Source: an uncultured Myxococcales bacterium (GTDB taxonomy: Bacteria; Myxococcota; B64-G9). From it: a DNA stretch of 64,000 nt. The notes beneath the pieces were generated by a model. The model saw nothing but the letters and a program-made list of their open reading frames with translations, was not told the DNA's origin and searched no databases. The position numbers were made by a program, and so were the translations under genes. The first letter of the stretch is position 1; each line of letters starts with the position of its first letter. This document shows positions 1-9,540 of this stretch, piece after piece. The stretch lies in assembly GCA_964633205.1 (NCBI GenBank), contig CAZWFN010000001.1:114219-178218 (forward strand), written 5' to 3'.

Positions 1-2132
1 CAGGCGCCGCCCGGCCGACGCTGGTTGCAGCCGCAGCCGCCGCTGATGGCACCCGGGTCGGGGTCGTCTGCGCAGTTCGGATCGGCGCTGCGGCTCCAGC
101 CGCCGGGGTCGGTGGCGGGATCGCAGACCAGGCAAGCATCGCCGGGCGACGCCGCCCCGGCGGCCACGCAGCCGCCGTCGATCAGGCACCAGCCCGGCTG
201 CAGCACTCCGCAACGCCGGCTGGCCTCGTCGCAATCGACGGTACAGGCCAGGCCATCGTCCCCACAAGGCACCCCACCCGCCTCACAAACCCCCGCCACA
301 CACCGCTCCTCCCCATTGCAAAACACCCCGTCGCTGCACGAGGTCCCGTCGGCCGGGCTCCAGGCCTCGGCGTTCTGCTCGGGCTGGCAGGTCGAGCAGG
401 GCGCGTCCGGGGCGGCCGCGCCGGCCTCGACACATCTGCCGTCGATCAGGCACCAGCCCGGCCGCAGCACCCCACAGCTCCGGGTGGCCTCGTCACAATC
501 GGCGGTGCAGTCCAAGCCGTCGTCGACACACGGCGGCTGACCCGACCGGCACTCCCCGGCGGAGCAGTGCTCGGCCCCGTTGCAGTACAGGCCGTCGTCG
601 CAGCTGGCCGCGTCGTCGGCGCTCCAGGCTCGCGGATCGCGATCCGGCTGGCAGCTCTGGCAGGGGTTGTCCGGCCGGCTCTGGCCGGCTGCGATGCAGC
701 TGTCTTCGATCAGGCACCAGCCCGGCTGCAGCACCCCGCAGGCCTGGCCGGCCTCGTCGCAGTCGAGCGTACAGGCCAGCCCGTCGTCGGCGCAGGGCGG
801 CGAGCCGGGCTGGCAAACGCCGCCGGAACAATGCTCGGCCCCGTTGCAGAACAACCCGTCGCTGCAGTCGTTGCTGTCGTCGGCGCTCCAGCCGTTGGTG
901 TCTAGTTCGGGCCGGCACTCCCGGCACGGGTTGCTCGGATCGGGGGTGCCCGCTTCATAGCAGGCCTGGCCGATGAAGCACACGTCACCGCCGGCGGCAG
1001 CGACCGCAACCTGCCAGGTGTGCTCCGCCAGCAGCAACCCGCCGGGATTGTTGCGCACCTGGGCAGTGGCATCGCTCACCTCGACGCGGACCTGGTGATC
1101 GCCCGGAGCCAGGTTCCAACCCTCGAGGAGGTAGCTGCGTTGCCCGCTCTGGACCGGGGCGCCGTCGACCGACCAGGTCACCAGCAGCTCATCCGGCAGC
1201 GGCTCCGGGGTGGCCACGGTCAGCTCCGCGCTGTCGCAGGTGCCAAGCGCGATCGGCGACGCAGGGGTGGTCGCGTCGATCGGCGAGACCTGATCGTAGA
1301 TCGCCAGCACCAACGCTTCGGCGCACACCGCGCAGAAACCCGCGCCCAGCGCGCGCATGGTGCAGTTCAGCTCCGGCCGGTAGACGCCGCTCGATTGATA
1401 GCGGGCACCTTCGAACAGCCCGACCACCGCGGCCCAGCCGGCGTTTTCAGGAGTGGGCAGCGGGGTGGCGGCGTCGATCCAGGGGTTCCACTTGATCAGC
1501 TCGCGCTCGGTCCGGGTGGTGGCGTTGGGCTCCGGGCAATCGGCGCCGCAGCCGGGATAGCCCGGGTAGGGATCCTCGTACTCGTCGGCCAGGCCGCCGA
1601 AGGTGTGGCCGAACTCGTGGACGGCCACCTCGCCGGCCAGATCGTGTATCGAGAACACCGCCATCGGGCCGCCCGAGCCACCGTACTTGGGATCGTTGAC
1701 GATGACGAAGATCACGTCGAACTCAGGCACGTGATCGCTGGCCGCGGCCCAGACCGCGCCCTGGTCGACGCACAGCAGCCGGTCGATGCCGTAGCAGCCG
1801 TAGTTGGCCCCCAGGGCGGTATCCCGATCGGCGCCGTAGCTGCCGTTGTCGGCGCCGCGCTCGTTGGAGACGACGTGCACCAGCGAGACATTGAAGTAGT
1901 AGCGGTACTGGCCGAAGGGCGCCGCTTGCCAGAAGTCGGCCAAAAATGCAGCGGCGTCGTCGCTGAGCTGCTGCTGGTCGACGTCGCGGTAGCCGTCACC
2001 CAGCACCACCAGGTCGATGCGGTTGCCCGGCTCCCCGGCCTGCTGCAGCACCTCGACCTCCCAGGCGCCGGCCGGGCCGGCGATGAACAGAGACACCAGG
2101 GCGGCGGCGAGCCGACAGACGCGGCGGCTCAT
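1..2132 (-). CDS. M64-family (IgA-peptidase-like) zinc metallopeptidase with C-terminal Myxococcus-type cysteine-rich repeats; C-terminus runs off the window start
   Basis: Reverse-strand translation gives a signal peptide (MSRRVCRLAAALVSLFIAGPAGA) and the M64 zinc-site motif VHEFGHTFGGLADEY (nt ~1561-1640). Repeated C.DG.FCNG.E.C / CGVLQPGWCLID units continue to position 1. The ATG at 2132 overlaps the stop of the upstream ORF (ATGA). Absent from the ORF track because no stop lies inside the window. Confidence 0.75.
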   Translation of the reverse strand, partial: MSRRVCRLAAALVSLFIAGPAGAWEVEVLQQAGEPGNRIDLVVLGDGYRDVDQQQLSDDAAAFLADFWQAAPFGQYRYYFNVSLVHVVSNERGADNGSYGADRDTALGANYGCYGIDRLLCVDQGAVWAAASDHVPEFDVIFVIVNDPKYGGSGGPMAVFSIHDLAGEVAVHEFGHTFGGLADEYEDPYPGYPGCGADCPEPNATTRTERELIKWNPWIDAATPLPTPENAGWAAVVGLFEGARYQSSGVYRPELNCTMRALGAGFCAVCAEALVLAIYDQVSPIDATTPASPIALGTCDSAELTVATPEPLPDELLVTWSVDGAPVQSGQRSYLLEGWNLAPGDHQVRVEVSDATAQVRNNPGGLLLAEHTWQVAVAAAGGDVCFIGQACYEAGTPDPSNPCRECRPELDTNGWSADDSNDCSDGLFCNGAEHCSGGVCQPGSPPCADDGLACTLDCDEAGQACGVLQPGWCLIEDSCIAAGQSRPDNPCQSCQPDRDPRAWSADDAASCDDGLYCNGAEHCSAGECRSGQPPCVDDGLDCTADCDEATRSCGVLRPGWCLIDGRCVEAGAAAPDAPCSTCQPEQNAEAWSPADGTSCSDGVFCNGEERCVAGVCEAGGVPCGDDGLACTVDCDEASRRCGVLQPGWCLIDGGCVAAGAASPGDACLVCDPATDPGGWSRSADPNCADDPDPGAISGGCGCNQRRPGGA

Positions 2133-2725
2133 GGCTCCACCTGTTCGCCACCGAGATCGAGCGTGCCCAACTCGCGCCAGGCTGCGGCCGGCGGCTGCGG
2201 GTCGCGGCGCCAGCGTTTCCGGAGTCGTTCGAATACCAAGCGCTGGCCGCCGGCCGCCGGCAGGCGGACGGGGAAGACCACCGGTTTGGTCTGCTCTATG
2301 TGCACCGCCTCGATGCGGCCCGTGGAATCACCGTGGAACTCGCCGCGCAGCACCGTGGGGTCGGCCAGCCCGGCGCGGTAGACCAGCGCGCCGGCGGCGT
2401 CTTCCAGCTTCAAGCGCCAGGGCCGCTGCCGCCGGCCGGCGCGGTGCTTGGGCAGCGGGCTGGCCACGTGCATGTCGCGCACCAGGCTGAAGGCCGCGCC
2501 GTCGAAGCGCACCAGCAGCAACCGGTGGCCGGCCACCGGCGGCCGTCGCTCGGCGTCCGCCGCCGGCGCCTGCTCCCTCTCGGCAGCGCCCCCGGTCGGC
2601 TCCGCAGCACCCATCGGCCCGGCCAGCCCCAATCCCGAGCACAGGATCCCGATCCAAAGCCAGCGACCAACCGCCACGCCACTCCTCCTTCCATCTGCGG
2701 GTCCACCACGCACCGATACTAGCAC
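2129..2725 (-). CDS. hypothetical secreted protein, translationally coupled to the M64 peptidase gene
   Basis: 198-aa ORF with a hydrophobic N-terminal segment (WLWIGILCSGLGLAGPMGAA). Its stop overlaps the ATG of the downstream peptidase gene (ATGA). No recognisable domain. Confidence 0.45.
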   Translation of the reverse strand: MLVSVRGGPADGRRSGVAVGRWLWIGILCSGLGLAGPMGAAEPTGGAAEREQAPAADAERRPPVAGHRLLLVRFDGAAFSLVRDMHVASPLPKHRAGRRQRPWRLKLEDAAGALVYRAGLADPTVLRGEFHGDSTGRIEAVHIEQTKPVVFPVRLPAAGGQRLVFERLRKRWRRDPQPPAAAWRELGTLDLGGEQVEP

Positions 2726-2771
2726 GGAAAACCCGCACTTGCGCTACCGATCGGCACGTTCTCGGGGCGCT

Positions 2772-3680
2772 CTAGAACCGAAGGCGCCAGCCCATGGATG
2801 GGCCGGTCAGGGGTCTCGGGTTCAGGGACCGCACCCGCCCCCGAGCCCGATCGGCATCTGAACCACCGCCGTAGACGATCGCACCGGCGGCCGCCACCCC
2901 CAAGCCGGCCAGCTGGGCGACGGCGTCGAGCAGCAGCAAGACGCCCGGGATGTAATCCACTTCACAGAGCAATCCGGTGCTGCGGTCACGGCAGCGCTCG
3001 ACCTCTCTGAAACACCCGATCCCCTTGGCGGCGGGACCGTAGACCGGAATCGCCAGTTGCCCGTCGAGCAGGGAATCATCCGGATTGACCGCCGCGCCCA
3101 ACTCGACCAGGCTCGGGATGCTCCAGGCCACCGCAAAGGCAGAAAGCCCGGCGATGAGCATGATCCGGCCCACCCGCGAAGGCACCGGCACGGGGTCCGG
3201 GTCCGGGATGGACGCCGGCGCCACCGGCAACCAGGGTGCACCCACGATGCTCGGCGGCTGCAGCGAAGCCGGTTTCAGCGGCCGCCTCGGCGCCGGTGGT
3301 GGACAGGGCCCACTCAGGGCCGCCGGCAGCTCGACGACGAAACTGTGCTCCAGATGCTCGACGGCGATGGCCGGGCTGTCGTAGCCGCTACAGGTACGCG
3401 GGATGGTGATGGACTGGATGCTGGTGGCCAGTTCGGGGCAGCGCTGGCGAAAGGCGAAGGTGCGCCGGCCCCGGACGCAGTCCGACGGCCGGCCGATCAT
3501 GGTCCGGCTCTCCCCCGATTCGGTCACCACGATCGGGGTCTTGCCGAGGTGCCGCCCGTCGGTGGTATACACATCGACACCGCTCGGCTCGGAGTCGACC
3601 CGATAGGCCACGTGAAAGGGACTGCAAGCCACCACCGCCACGGCAGCAGCCACCAAGACTGGTTTGAATCCCCGCGACAT
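2772..3680 (-). CDS. PEGA-domain lipoprotein
   Basis: Lipobox-like signal (LVAAAVAVVAC). A PEGA-like segment (YRVDSEPSGVDVYTTDGRHLGKTPIVVTE) is followed by a Pro-rich linker and a TM helix. Divergent from the kinase gene. Confidence 0.5.
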   Translation of the reverse strand: MSRGFKPVLVAAAVAVVACSPFHVAYRVDSEPSGVDVYTTDGRHLGKTPIVVTESGESRTMIGRPSDCVRGRRTFAFRQRCPELATSIQSITIPRTCSGYDSPAIAVEHLEHSFVVELPAALSGPCPPPAPRRPLKPASLQPPSIVGAPWLPVAPASIPDPDPVPVPSRVGRIMLIAGLSAFAVAWSIPSLVELGAAVNPDDSLLDGQLAIPVYGPAAKGIGCFREVERCRDRSTGLLCEVDYIPGVLLLLDAVAQLAGLGVAAAGAIVYGGGSDADRARGRVRSLNPRPLTGPSMGWRLRF

Positions 3681-3848
3681 GACTTCCCCTTCGATCAGAA
3701 GATATCACACCTTCCATTTCGCGGCAGCTGATCGGTGGAATCCTTTGACCGGCGCGGCGGTCCGTGGTGTGCTCGGGGCCATCGTTGGATGGTGTTTTTG
3801 TCAGCGCTCGATACCGGCCGTCGGGGCCGGGGTCCGGGGAAGACGGGC

Positions 3849-6800
3849 ATGGGCGTGGGGTCCGAGGAACAGCCTGGACAACCGCGGCCGTTGCGGGTGA
3901 CCGGGACGGCCGCCGCGCGTTACCGGTTGCGCGATCGGCGAACCGCCCGGCCGACCGAACGGGCCGCGGCGGCCGAGATCGGCCGCGGCGGCATCGGCCG
4001 GGTGCTGCTGGCCTTCGACGAGGACCTGGGCCGCGAGGTGGCGCTGAAGGAGCTGTTGCCCGGGTCCCGGGCCGTGGGCGCGGGAGCGGATGGGGCGGCC
4101 ACCGCGTCCGGAGCGGATCGCACCGCCGACGCCGCGGCCCGCTTCCTGCGCGAGGCGCGGGTGACCGGCCAGCTGGAGCATCCCAACATCGTGCCGGTCT
4201 ACGAGCTGGGCTGCAACGCCGGCGGCAACCTGTACTACACCATGAAGATGGTCCGCGGCCGCACCCTGGCCGAAGCCCTGGCCGACCGCCGCCGCCTCGA
4301 CGATCGGCTGCGCCTGCTGGGCCACTTCGTCGACCTGTGCCAGGCCATCGCCTACGCCCACTCCCGCGGGGTCATCCACCGCGACATCAAGCCCGAGAAC
4401 GTCATGCTGGGCGAGTTCGGTGAGACGGTGGTGCTCGACTGGGGCCTGGCCAAGGCGCGCGGCGCCGAGGACATCCGCGGCTCGAAGATGGAGCGCGAGA
4501 TCCAGCTGCTGCAGGATGCGGCCAGCGGCCACACCGTCGACGGCACCGCCATCGGCACGCCGGCCTACATGAGCCCGGAGCAGGCCGAGGGCCGCCTGGA
4601 CGCCATCGACGAGCGCTCCGACGTCTGGAGCCTGGGCGCGGTGCTCCACCAGATCCTGACCGGCCGGCCGCCCTACACCGGAGCCAACGCCTACGAGGTG
4701 CTCAAGCGCGCCCTGAGCCAGCCGGTGCCGCCGCTGACCGAGACCTGTCCGGAGGCCCCGCTCGAGCTGGCCGCCGTCTGCCGGCGGGCCCTGCAACGCG
4801 ACCCCGACCGCCGCTACCAGTCGGCGCAGGAGCTGGCCACTGAGATCGATGCCTACCTGACCGGAGGTCGGGTGCGGGCCTACACCTACTCGCTCGGTGA
4901 CATGCTGCGCCGCGCCTATGCCCGCCACCGGATGGCCTTCGTCACCGGCGCCATCGCGCTGGTGCTGCTGCTGGCGCTCGGCGTCTGGTCCTACCTGCGC
5001 CTGGTGGCCGACCGCGATCGGGCCAACCAGCTGCGCGCCGCGGCCGACGCGGCCCGCACGGCCGCCCGGCTGCGGCTGGCCGACGCCCACCTGGAGGGCG
5101 CCCGTGCCGCCCGCCTGCGCCGCGATCTGCTCGAGTCGCGGGCCAAGCTGCGCTCGGCGCTGGAGGTCGGCGACTCGGCCGCCGCCCGCTTGTTGTGGGG
5201 CCAGCTGCAGACCGATCCGCTGATCTGGCGCCGCCGGCTGGGGGCCATCGTCTACGACGTGGCCTTCGCCCCCAGCGGCCGCGAGGTGGCCGCGGCCGGC
5301 CACGACGGCTCGATCTGCTTGATCGACGCGCACACCGCCCAGCTGCGGGTGCTGCGCGGCCACCGGCCCTGGGTGGCCAGCCTGGACTACGCCCCCGACG
5401 GCCGGCGCCTGGCCTCGGCCGGTTCCGACCAGCAGGTGCGCATCTGGCGGGTGGCCGACGGCCGGTTGCTGCACGAGCTGGCCGGCCACCGGGCCGCCAT
5501 CCACGACGTGGCCTTCCACCCCGGCGGCCGCCTGCTGGCCAGCTGCGCCCAGGACCGCAGCCTGCGGCTGTGGGATGCCCGCAACGGCGAGCTGCTGCAG
5601 ACCGTGACCGAACCGGCGGTGATCCACTGGGTGCTGGCCTTCACCCCGGACGGCGAGCGGCTGTGGGCCGGCGGCCGCGACGGCAAGCTGCGCGGCTACC
5701 GGGTGACCAAAGACCGCTTGACCGACCCGATCGCGCTAGCGCAACCGACCGGCGGGGCGGCGGCGCTGGCCATCGACCCCGCCGGCCGGCGCCTGGCCAG
5801 CGGCGGCAACAGCAACATCGTCTACCTCTGGGATCTGACCACCCTCGGCCCCGGCGCAGCACCGCTGCGCGCGCTGGCCGGACACCGAGACGGCATCGCC
5901 GAGCTGGCCTTTCACCCGCGACAACCGCGCCTGGTCTCGGCCAGCTACGACCACAGCGCCCGCATCTGGAACCTGGAATCCCCGGATGCGGCACCGGCGG
6001 TACTGCGCCAGCACGAAGAATGGATGGCCGGGGTGGCATTCGCTCCGGACGGCACGGCCCTGGCCACCGGCGCCGAGGATCGCCTGGTGGCCCTGTGGCG
6101 TTTGCCTCTGGACCAAGCGCACCGATCCGTCCGGCGCGGCCATGGAGACGTGGTCACCGAGCTGGCGGTCGCCCCCGACAGCCGGCTGCTGGCCAGCGGC
6201 AGCGCCGACCAGAGCGTGCGGCTGTGGGATCTGGCCGGCGGCCGCCAGCTGGCGGTGCTCGAGGGCCACGGCGACGACGTCCAGGGTCTCGGCTTCGCCG
6301 CCGACGGCACGCTGCGCTCGGCCGACTGGACCGGCCAAGTCTACCGCTGGCAGCGCACCGACGACCAGACCTGGCGCGGCGAGCCGCGGCGGCTGGCCGG
6401 TGACGCCGACCCCAACACCAGCGTGGAGTTCGGCCCCCAAGGCCGCTGGGCGGCGGCGGCCGACTACGATCGCAGCATCCGCCTGTGGGACCTGCGCAGC
6501 GGACGCGAGCGCAAGCTCGTCGGCCACGGTGATCTGATCCGGGAGCTGGACTTCGGCCCGGCCGGGCGGTTGTTGGCCAGCGCATCCTGGGACGGCAGCG
6601 TGCGCCTGTGGCGAACCGACAGCGGACGCTGCCAGGCGGTACTCGAGGGCCACCAGGGCCAGGTCAACAACGCCGTCATCGCCGACGACGGCCGCCGGCT
6701 CTACTCCACGGGTTGGGATCGGACGATCCGCCGCTGGGACCTGAAAGGCGCCAGCGGCCGGGTGGTCCACCGCGGCGACGCGCGCTACGAGACGCTGGCC

Positions 6801-7949
6801 GTCAGCCCCGACGGCGCCTGGCTCGCCGGCGGCACCGAGGCCGGTGGCATCGAGCTGCTGGCCGTACCGAGCGGTGAGCTGCGCCGGCTGACGGGCCACC
6901 GCGACATGGTGTCCAACCTGGCCTTCGACCCGGCCAGCCGTCACCTGTTGTCGGCCGGCGACGACGGCACGGTACGCTGCTGGGCTTTGCCCGCAGGAAA
7001 ACCCTGTTGGCGGGCACCGCTGCTGCTCCCCGGTGCCGGCCCCCCCCGGATGCTCAGCCACCGCGGCTGGGAGATCCCGGGCGGCGGATCCTGCCCGCCA
7101 CCGCGACCGCGCCGCAACTGGCTGGCGGCCGCCGAGCAATCGCTGCGGGTCTCGCTGACCACCGACAGCGCCTGCCTGCGGCTCGGCGGCGACGCCTTCG
7201 CGCTGTGGGACCGCAGGACCGATGAACGCCGCTATCGCCGGCAGCGCGCCGGCATCGAGCAGGTGCTGGCCCTGCCCGGCGGCTGCGCGGTGCGGTTTGG
7301 CGGCCGGGTGGAGCTGCACGCCGCCGCGGCTGCCCCGCGACCGCTGGCCACCGCGGTGACGGCCATGGCCCGGGTGGATGAACGGTTGCTGCTGGCCGAT
7401 GATCAGGGGGTGGGCATCTTCGAGCCCAGCGGCCTGGATCGCGCCCGGCTGCCGGTGGGTGCCGGTGCCACCGCCCTGACCCTGCTGGCCGCTGCGGCCG
7501 GCGAGCAGCTGGCCATCGGTTATGGCGACGGCACGGTCGAGGTGGCCGCTCTGACCGCCGGCGGCCGGGGCCGCAACCTGTCGCTCGACCAGGTGGCCTC
7601 GTGCCCGGTGGTCGCGCTGCGCCCCGGCCCGCGGGGCACGCTGGTGATCGCCTATGCCAATGGACTGATCGGTCTGTGGGACGTGCGCTCCGGCGCCCGG
7701 CTGGACGCCATCCGGCTGCACGGGCCGCTGGCCCACACGGCCTTGCACGCCGGAAAGCTGTACGTCGTGACCGAGCTCGGCGACCACCTGGCCTGGGACC
7801 TGTCCATCCTGGATTGCGCATACTGCAGTCTGCTGGAGCGCGTCTGGCGGCGGGTGCCGGTGGTCTGGGAGGGCGGTCGCCCAGTGGCCCGCCCGCGACC
7901 GGCCGATCACGCCTGTGGCCGCGCTGGCGCCAGCCCGGCCCGGCGCTGA
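3849..7949 (+). CDS. Ser/Thr protein kinase fused to a long WD40 beta-propeller region
   Basis: Kinase motifs VALKEL, HRDIKPENVML, DWGLAKA and GTPAYMSPEQ. About 20 WD40 units follow (GH...WD patterns, e.g. SASYDHSARIWNL, SADQSVRLWDL). Start taken at the third in-frame ATG (3849); 3735 and 3789 are alternatives. Confidence 0.85.
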   Translation: MGVGSEEQPGQPRPLRVTGTAAARYRLRDRRTARPTERAAAAEIGRGGIGRVLLAFDEDLGREVALKELLPGSRAVGAGADGAATASGADRTADAAARFLREARVTGQLEHPNIVPVYELGCNAGGNLYYTMKMVRGRTLAEALADRRRLDDRLRLLGHFVDLCQAIAYAHSRGVIHRDIKPENVMLGEFGETVVLDWGLAKARGAEDIRGSKMEREIQLLQDAASGHTVDGTAIGTPAYMSPEQAEGRLDAIDERSDVWSLGAVLHQILTGRPPYTGANAYEVLKRALSQPVPPLTETCPEAPLELAAVCRRALQRDPDRRYQSAQELATEIDAYLTGGRVRAYTYSLGDMLRRAYARHRMAFVTGAIALVLLLALGVWSYLRLVADRDRANQLRAAADAARTAARLRLADAHLEGARAARLRRDLLESRAKLRSALEVGDSAAARLLWGQLQTDPLIWRRRLGAIVYDVAFAPSGREVAAAGHDGSICLIDAHTAQLRVLRGHRPWVASLDYAPDGRRLASAGSDQQVRIWRVADGRLLHELAGHRAAIHDVAFHPGGRLLASCAQDRSLRLWDARNGELLQTVTEPAVIHWVLAFTPDGERLWAGGRDGKLRGYRVTKDRLTDPIALAQPTGGAAALAIDPAGRRLASGGNSNIVYLWDLTTLGPGAAPLRALAGHRDGIAELAFHPRQPRLVSASYDHSARIWNLESPDAAPAVLRQHEEWMAGVAFAPDGTALATGAEDRLVALWRLPLDQAHRSVRRGHGDVVTELAVAPDSRLLASGSADQSVRLWDLAGGRQLAVLEGHGDDVQGLGFAADGTLRSADWTGQVYRWQRTDDQTWRGEPRRLAGDADPNTSVEFGPQGRWAAAADYDRSIRLWDLRSGRERKLVGHGDLIRELDFGPAGRLLASASWDGSVRLWRTDSGRCQAVLEGHQGQVNNAVIADDGRRLYSTGWDRTIRRWDLKGASGRVVHRGDARYETLAVSPDGAWLAGGTEAGGIELLAVPSGELRRLTGHRDMVSNLAFDPASRHLLSAGDDGTVRCWALPAGKPCWRAPLLLPGAGPPRMLSHRGWEIPGGGSCPPPRPRRNWLAAAEQSLRVSLTTDSACLRLGGDAFALWDRRTDERRYRRQRAGIEQVLALPGGCAVRFGGRVELHAAAAAPRPLATAVTAMARVDERLLLADDQGVGIFEPSGLDRARLPVGAGATALTLLAAAAGEQLAIGYGDGTVEVAALTAGGRGRNLSLDQVASCPVVALRPGPRGTLVIAYANGLIGLWDVRSGARLDAIRLHGPLAHTALHAGKLYVVTELGDHLAWDLSILDCAYCSLLERVWRRVPVVWEGGRPVARPRPADHACGRAGASPARR

Positions 7950-8068
7950 GCGGCCGTCCCCCCGATTGCCATCCGGCGATCGGAAGTCGCCTTGACGTCG
8001 GGACGAAAACGAGCCAATGATAGCCCCCAAAAGCGACGACCCAAAGCCCCCGGACCGAGGAGAAGACC

Positions 8069-9514
8069 ATGGATTTAGCACACGCCAAGACCAAGACCAT
8101 CGTGGACTGGTTCGAGCAGATCAACCGCATCCCCCGTTGCTCGAAGAACGAGAAGGCCTTCTGCGACTGGTTGCTGAGCTGGGCGAAGGAGCACGGCTTC
8201 GAAGCCCGTACCGACAAGGTGATGAACCTGGTGATCGAGGTGCCGGCCAGCGCCGGGATGGAGGACAAGCCGACCTGCATCCTGCAGGGCCACATGGACA
8301 TGGTCTGCGAAAAGACCAAGGGCTCGCCGCACGACTTCGACAAGGACCCGGTGCCGGTGCGCGAGACCGATGGCTGGCTGCACGCCGACGACACCACCCT
8401 GGGTGCCGACAACGGCATCGCCATCGCCATGGCCTTGGCGCTGGCGCTGGACGACAACACCGCCCATCCACCGCTGGAGCTGCTGTTCACCGTCGACGAG
8501 GAGACCGGCCTGACCGGCGCCACCGCCCTGGAGCCGGGCTTTCTCAAGGGCAAGCTGCTGCTCAACCTGGACTCCGAGGACGAGGGCATCTTCACCGTGG
8601 GCTGCGCCGGCGGCAAGGACGCCCACGTGATCATTCCCGTCAACCCGGTCACCCCGCCCGACGGCTACCAGGCCTTCAAGCTGATCGCCGGCGGAATGCG
8701 CGGCGGCCATTCGGGCGTCGATATCCACGAGCAGCGGGCCAATGCCATCAAGGTGCTGGCCCGGGCGCTGGACGCCATCCAGTCCAAGACCGACCTGCGC
8801 CTGGTCGAGCTGTCGGGCGGCACCGCCCACAACGCCATCCCACGCGATGCCGAGGCGCTGATCGTGGTACCGGCGGCGGGCGCCGAGTTGGCCCAGCAGA
8901 CCGTGGCCGAGCTGGCAGACAAGCTCAAAACCGAGTGCGCCCAGACCGATCCCGGTGTCGTGATCGAACTCGAGGCCGGCGGCCAGGCGGAGCAGGTGCT
9001 GTCGGGCGAGGAGACCCGCCGCCTGCTCGACTGCCTGCTGGTCTTTCCGCACGGAGTGGCCGAGATGTCGAACGACATCGAGGGGCTGGTCGAGACCTCG
9101 AACAACATGGCCACGGTCAAGACCGGTGCCTCGCAGATCGAGCTGCTCAGCTCACAGCGCTCGTCCAACATGGACAAGCTGGCGCTGCTGACCGAGCAAA
9201 TTTGCGCGGTGGCCAGGCTGGCCGGCGGCGAGTGCGAGGTCGGCGGCGGCTACCCGGCCTGGCAGCCCAACATGGACTCGCCGCTGCTGGCCAAGTGCCA
9301 GGCCGTCTACCAGGAGCTGTTCGGCAAGGAGCCGGTGGTCGAGATCATCCACGCCGGGCTGGAGTGCGGCATCATCGGCGCCAAGTACGAGGGCATGGAC
9401 ATGATCTCCTTCGGCCCGACCATCAAGAACCCCCATTCGCCGGACGAGAAGATCGAGGTCGAGACCATCGGCAAGGTCTGGGACTTTTTGGCCGCTCTGC
9501 TCAAAGCCATCTGA
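8069..9514 (+). CDS. pepD: aminoacyl-histidine dipeptidase (Xaa-His dipeptidase, peptidase M20C)
   Basis: Collinear similarity to E. coli PepD from the N-terminus (IPR.S.NE, LQGHMDMV, TTLGADNGIAIA, SEDEG...GCAGG). Local GC (about 60%) is visibly lower than the flanks. Confidence 0.88.
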   Translation: MDLAHAKTKTIVDWFEQINRIPRCSKNEKAFCDWLLSWAKEHGFEARTDKVMNLVIEVPASAGMEDKPTCILQGHMDMVCEKTKGSPHDFDKDPVPVRETDGWLHADDTTLGADNGIAIAMALALALDDNTAHPPLELLFTVDEETGLTGATALEPGFLKGKLLLNLDSEDEGIFTVGCAGGKDAHVIIPVNPVTPPDGYQAFKLIAGGMRGGHSGVDIHEQRANAIKVLARALDAIQSKTDLRLVELSGGTAHNAIPRDAEALIVVPAAGAELAQQTVAELADKLKTECAQTDPGVVIELEAGGQAEQVLSGEETRRLLDCLLVFPHGVAEMSNDIEGLVETSNNMATVKTGASQIELLSSQRSSNMDKLALLTEQICAVARLAGGECEVGGGYPAWQPNMDSPLLAKCQAVYQELFGKEPVVEIIHAGLECGIIGAKYEGMDMISFGPTIKNPHSPDEKIEVETIGKVWDFLAALLKAI

Positions 9515-9540
9515 GCCTAAGCAGATCAAAAGACCCCGGC

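Noticed and set aside
25-960. Plus-strand ORFs at the window start (25..540, 567..905, 580..960)
   Set aside because: Antisense to the cysteine-rich repeat region of the M64 peptidase. Their Ser/Pro/Gln-rich repeats simply mirror the sense-strand Cys repeats.
3801-8081. Long minus-strand ORFs (3801..5627, 5736..8081, 7054..8652) opposite the kinase-WD40 gene
   Set aside because: Arg/Ala/Gly/Pro-dominated low-complexity translations with no motifs. Typical antisense open frames in 70% GC DNA. The sense frame has unambiguous kinase and WD40 motifs.
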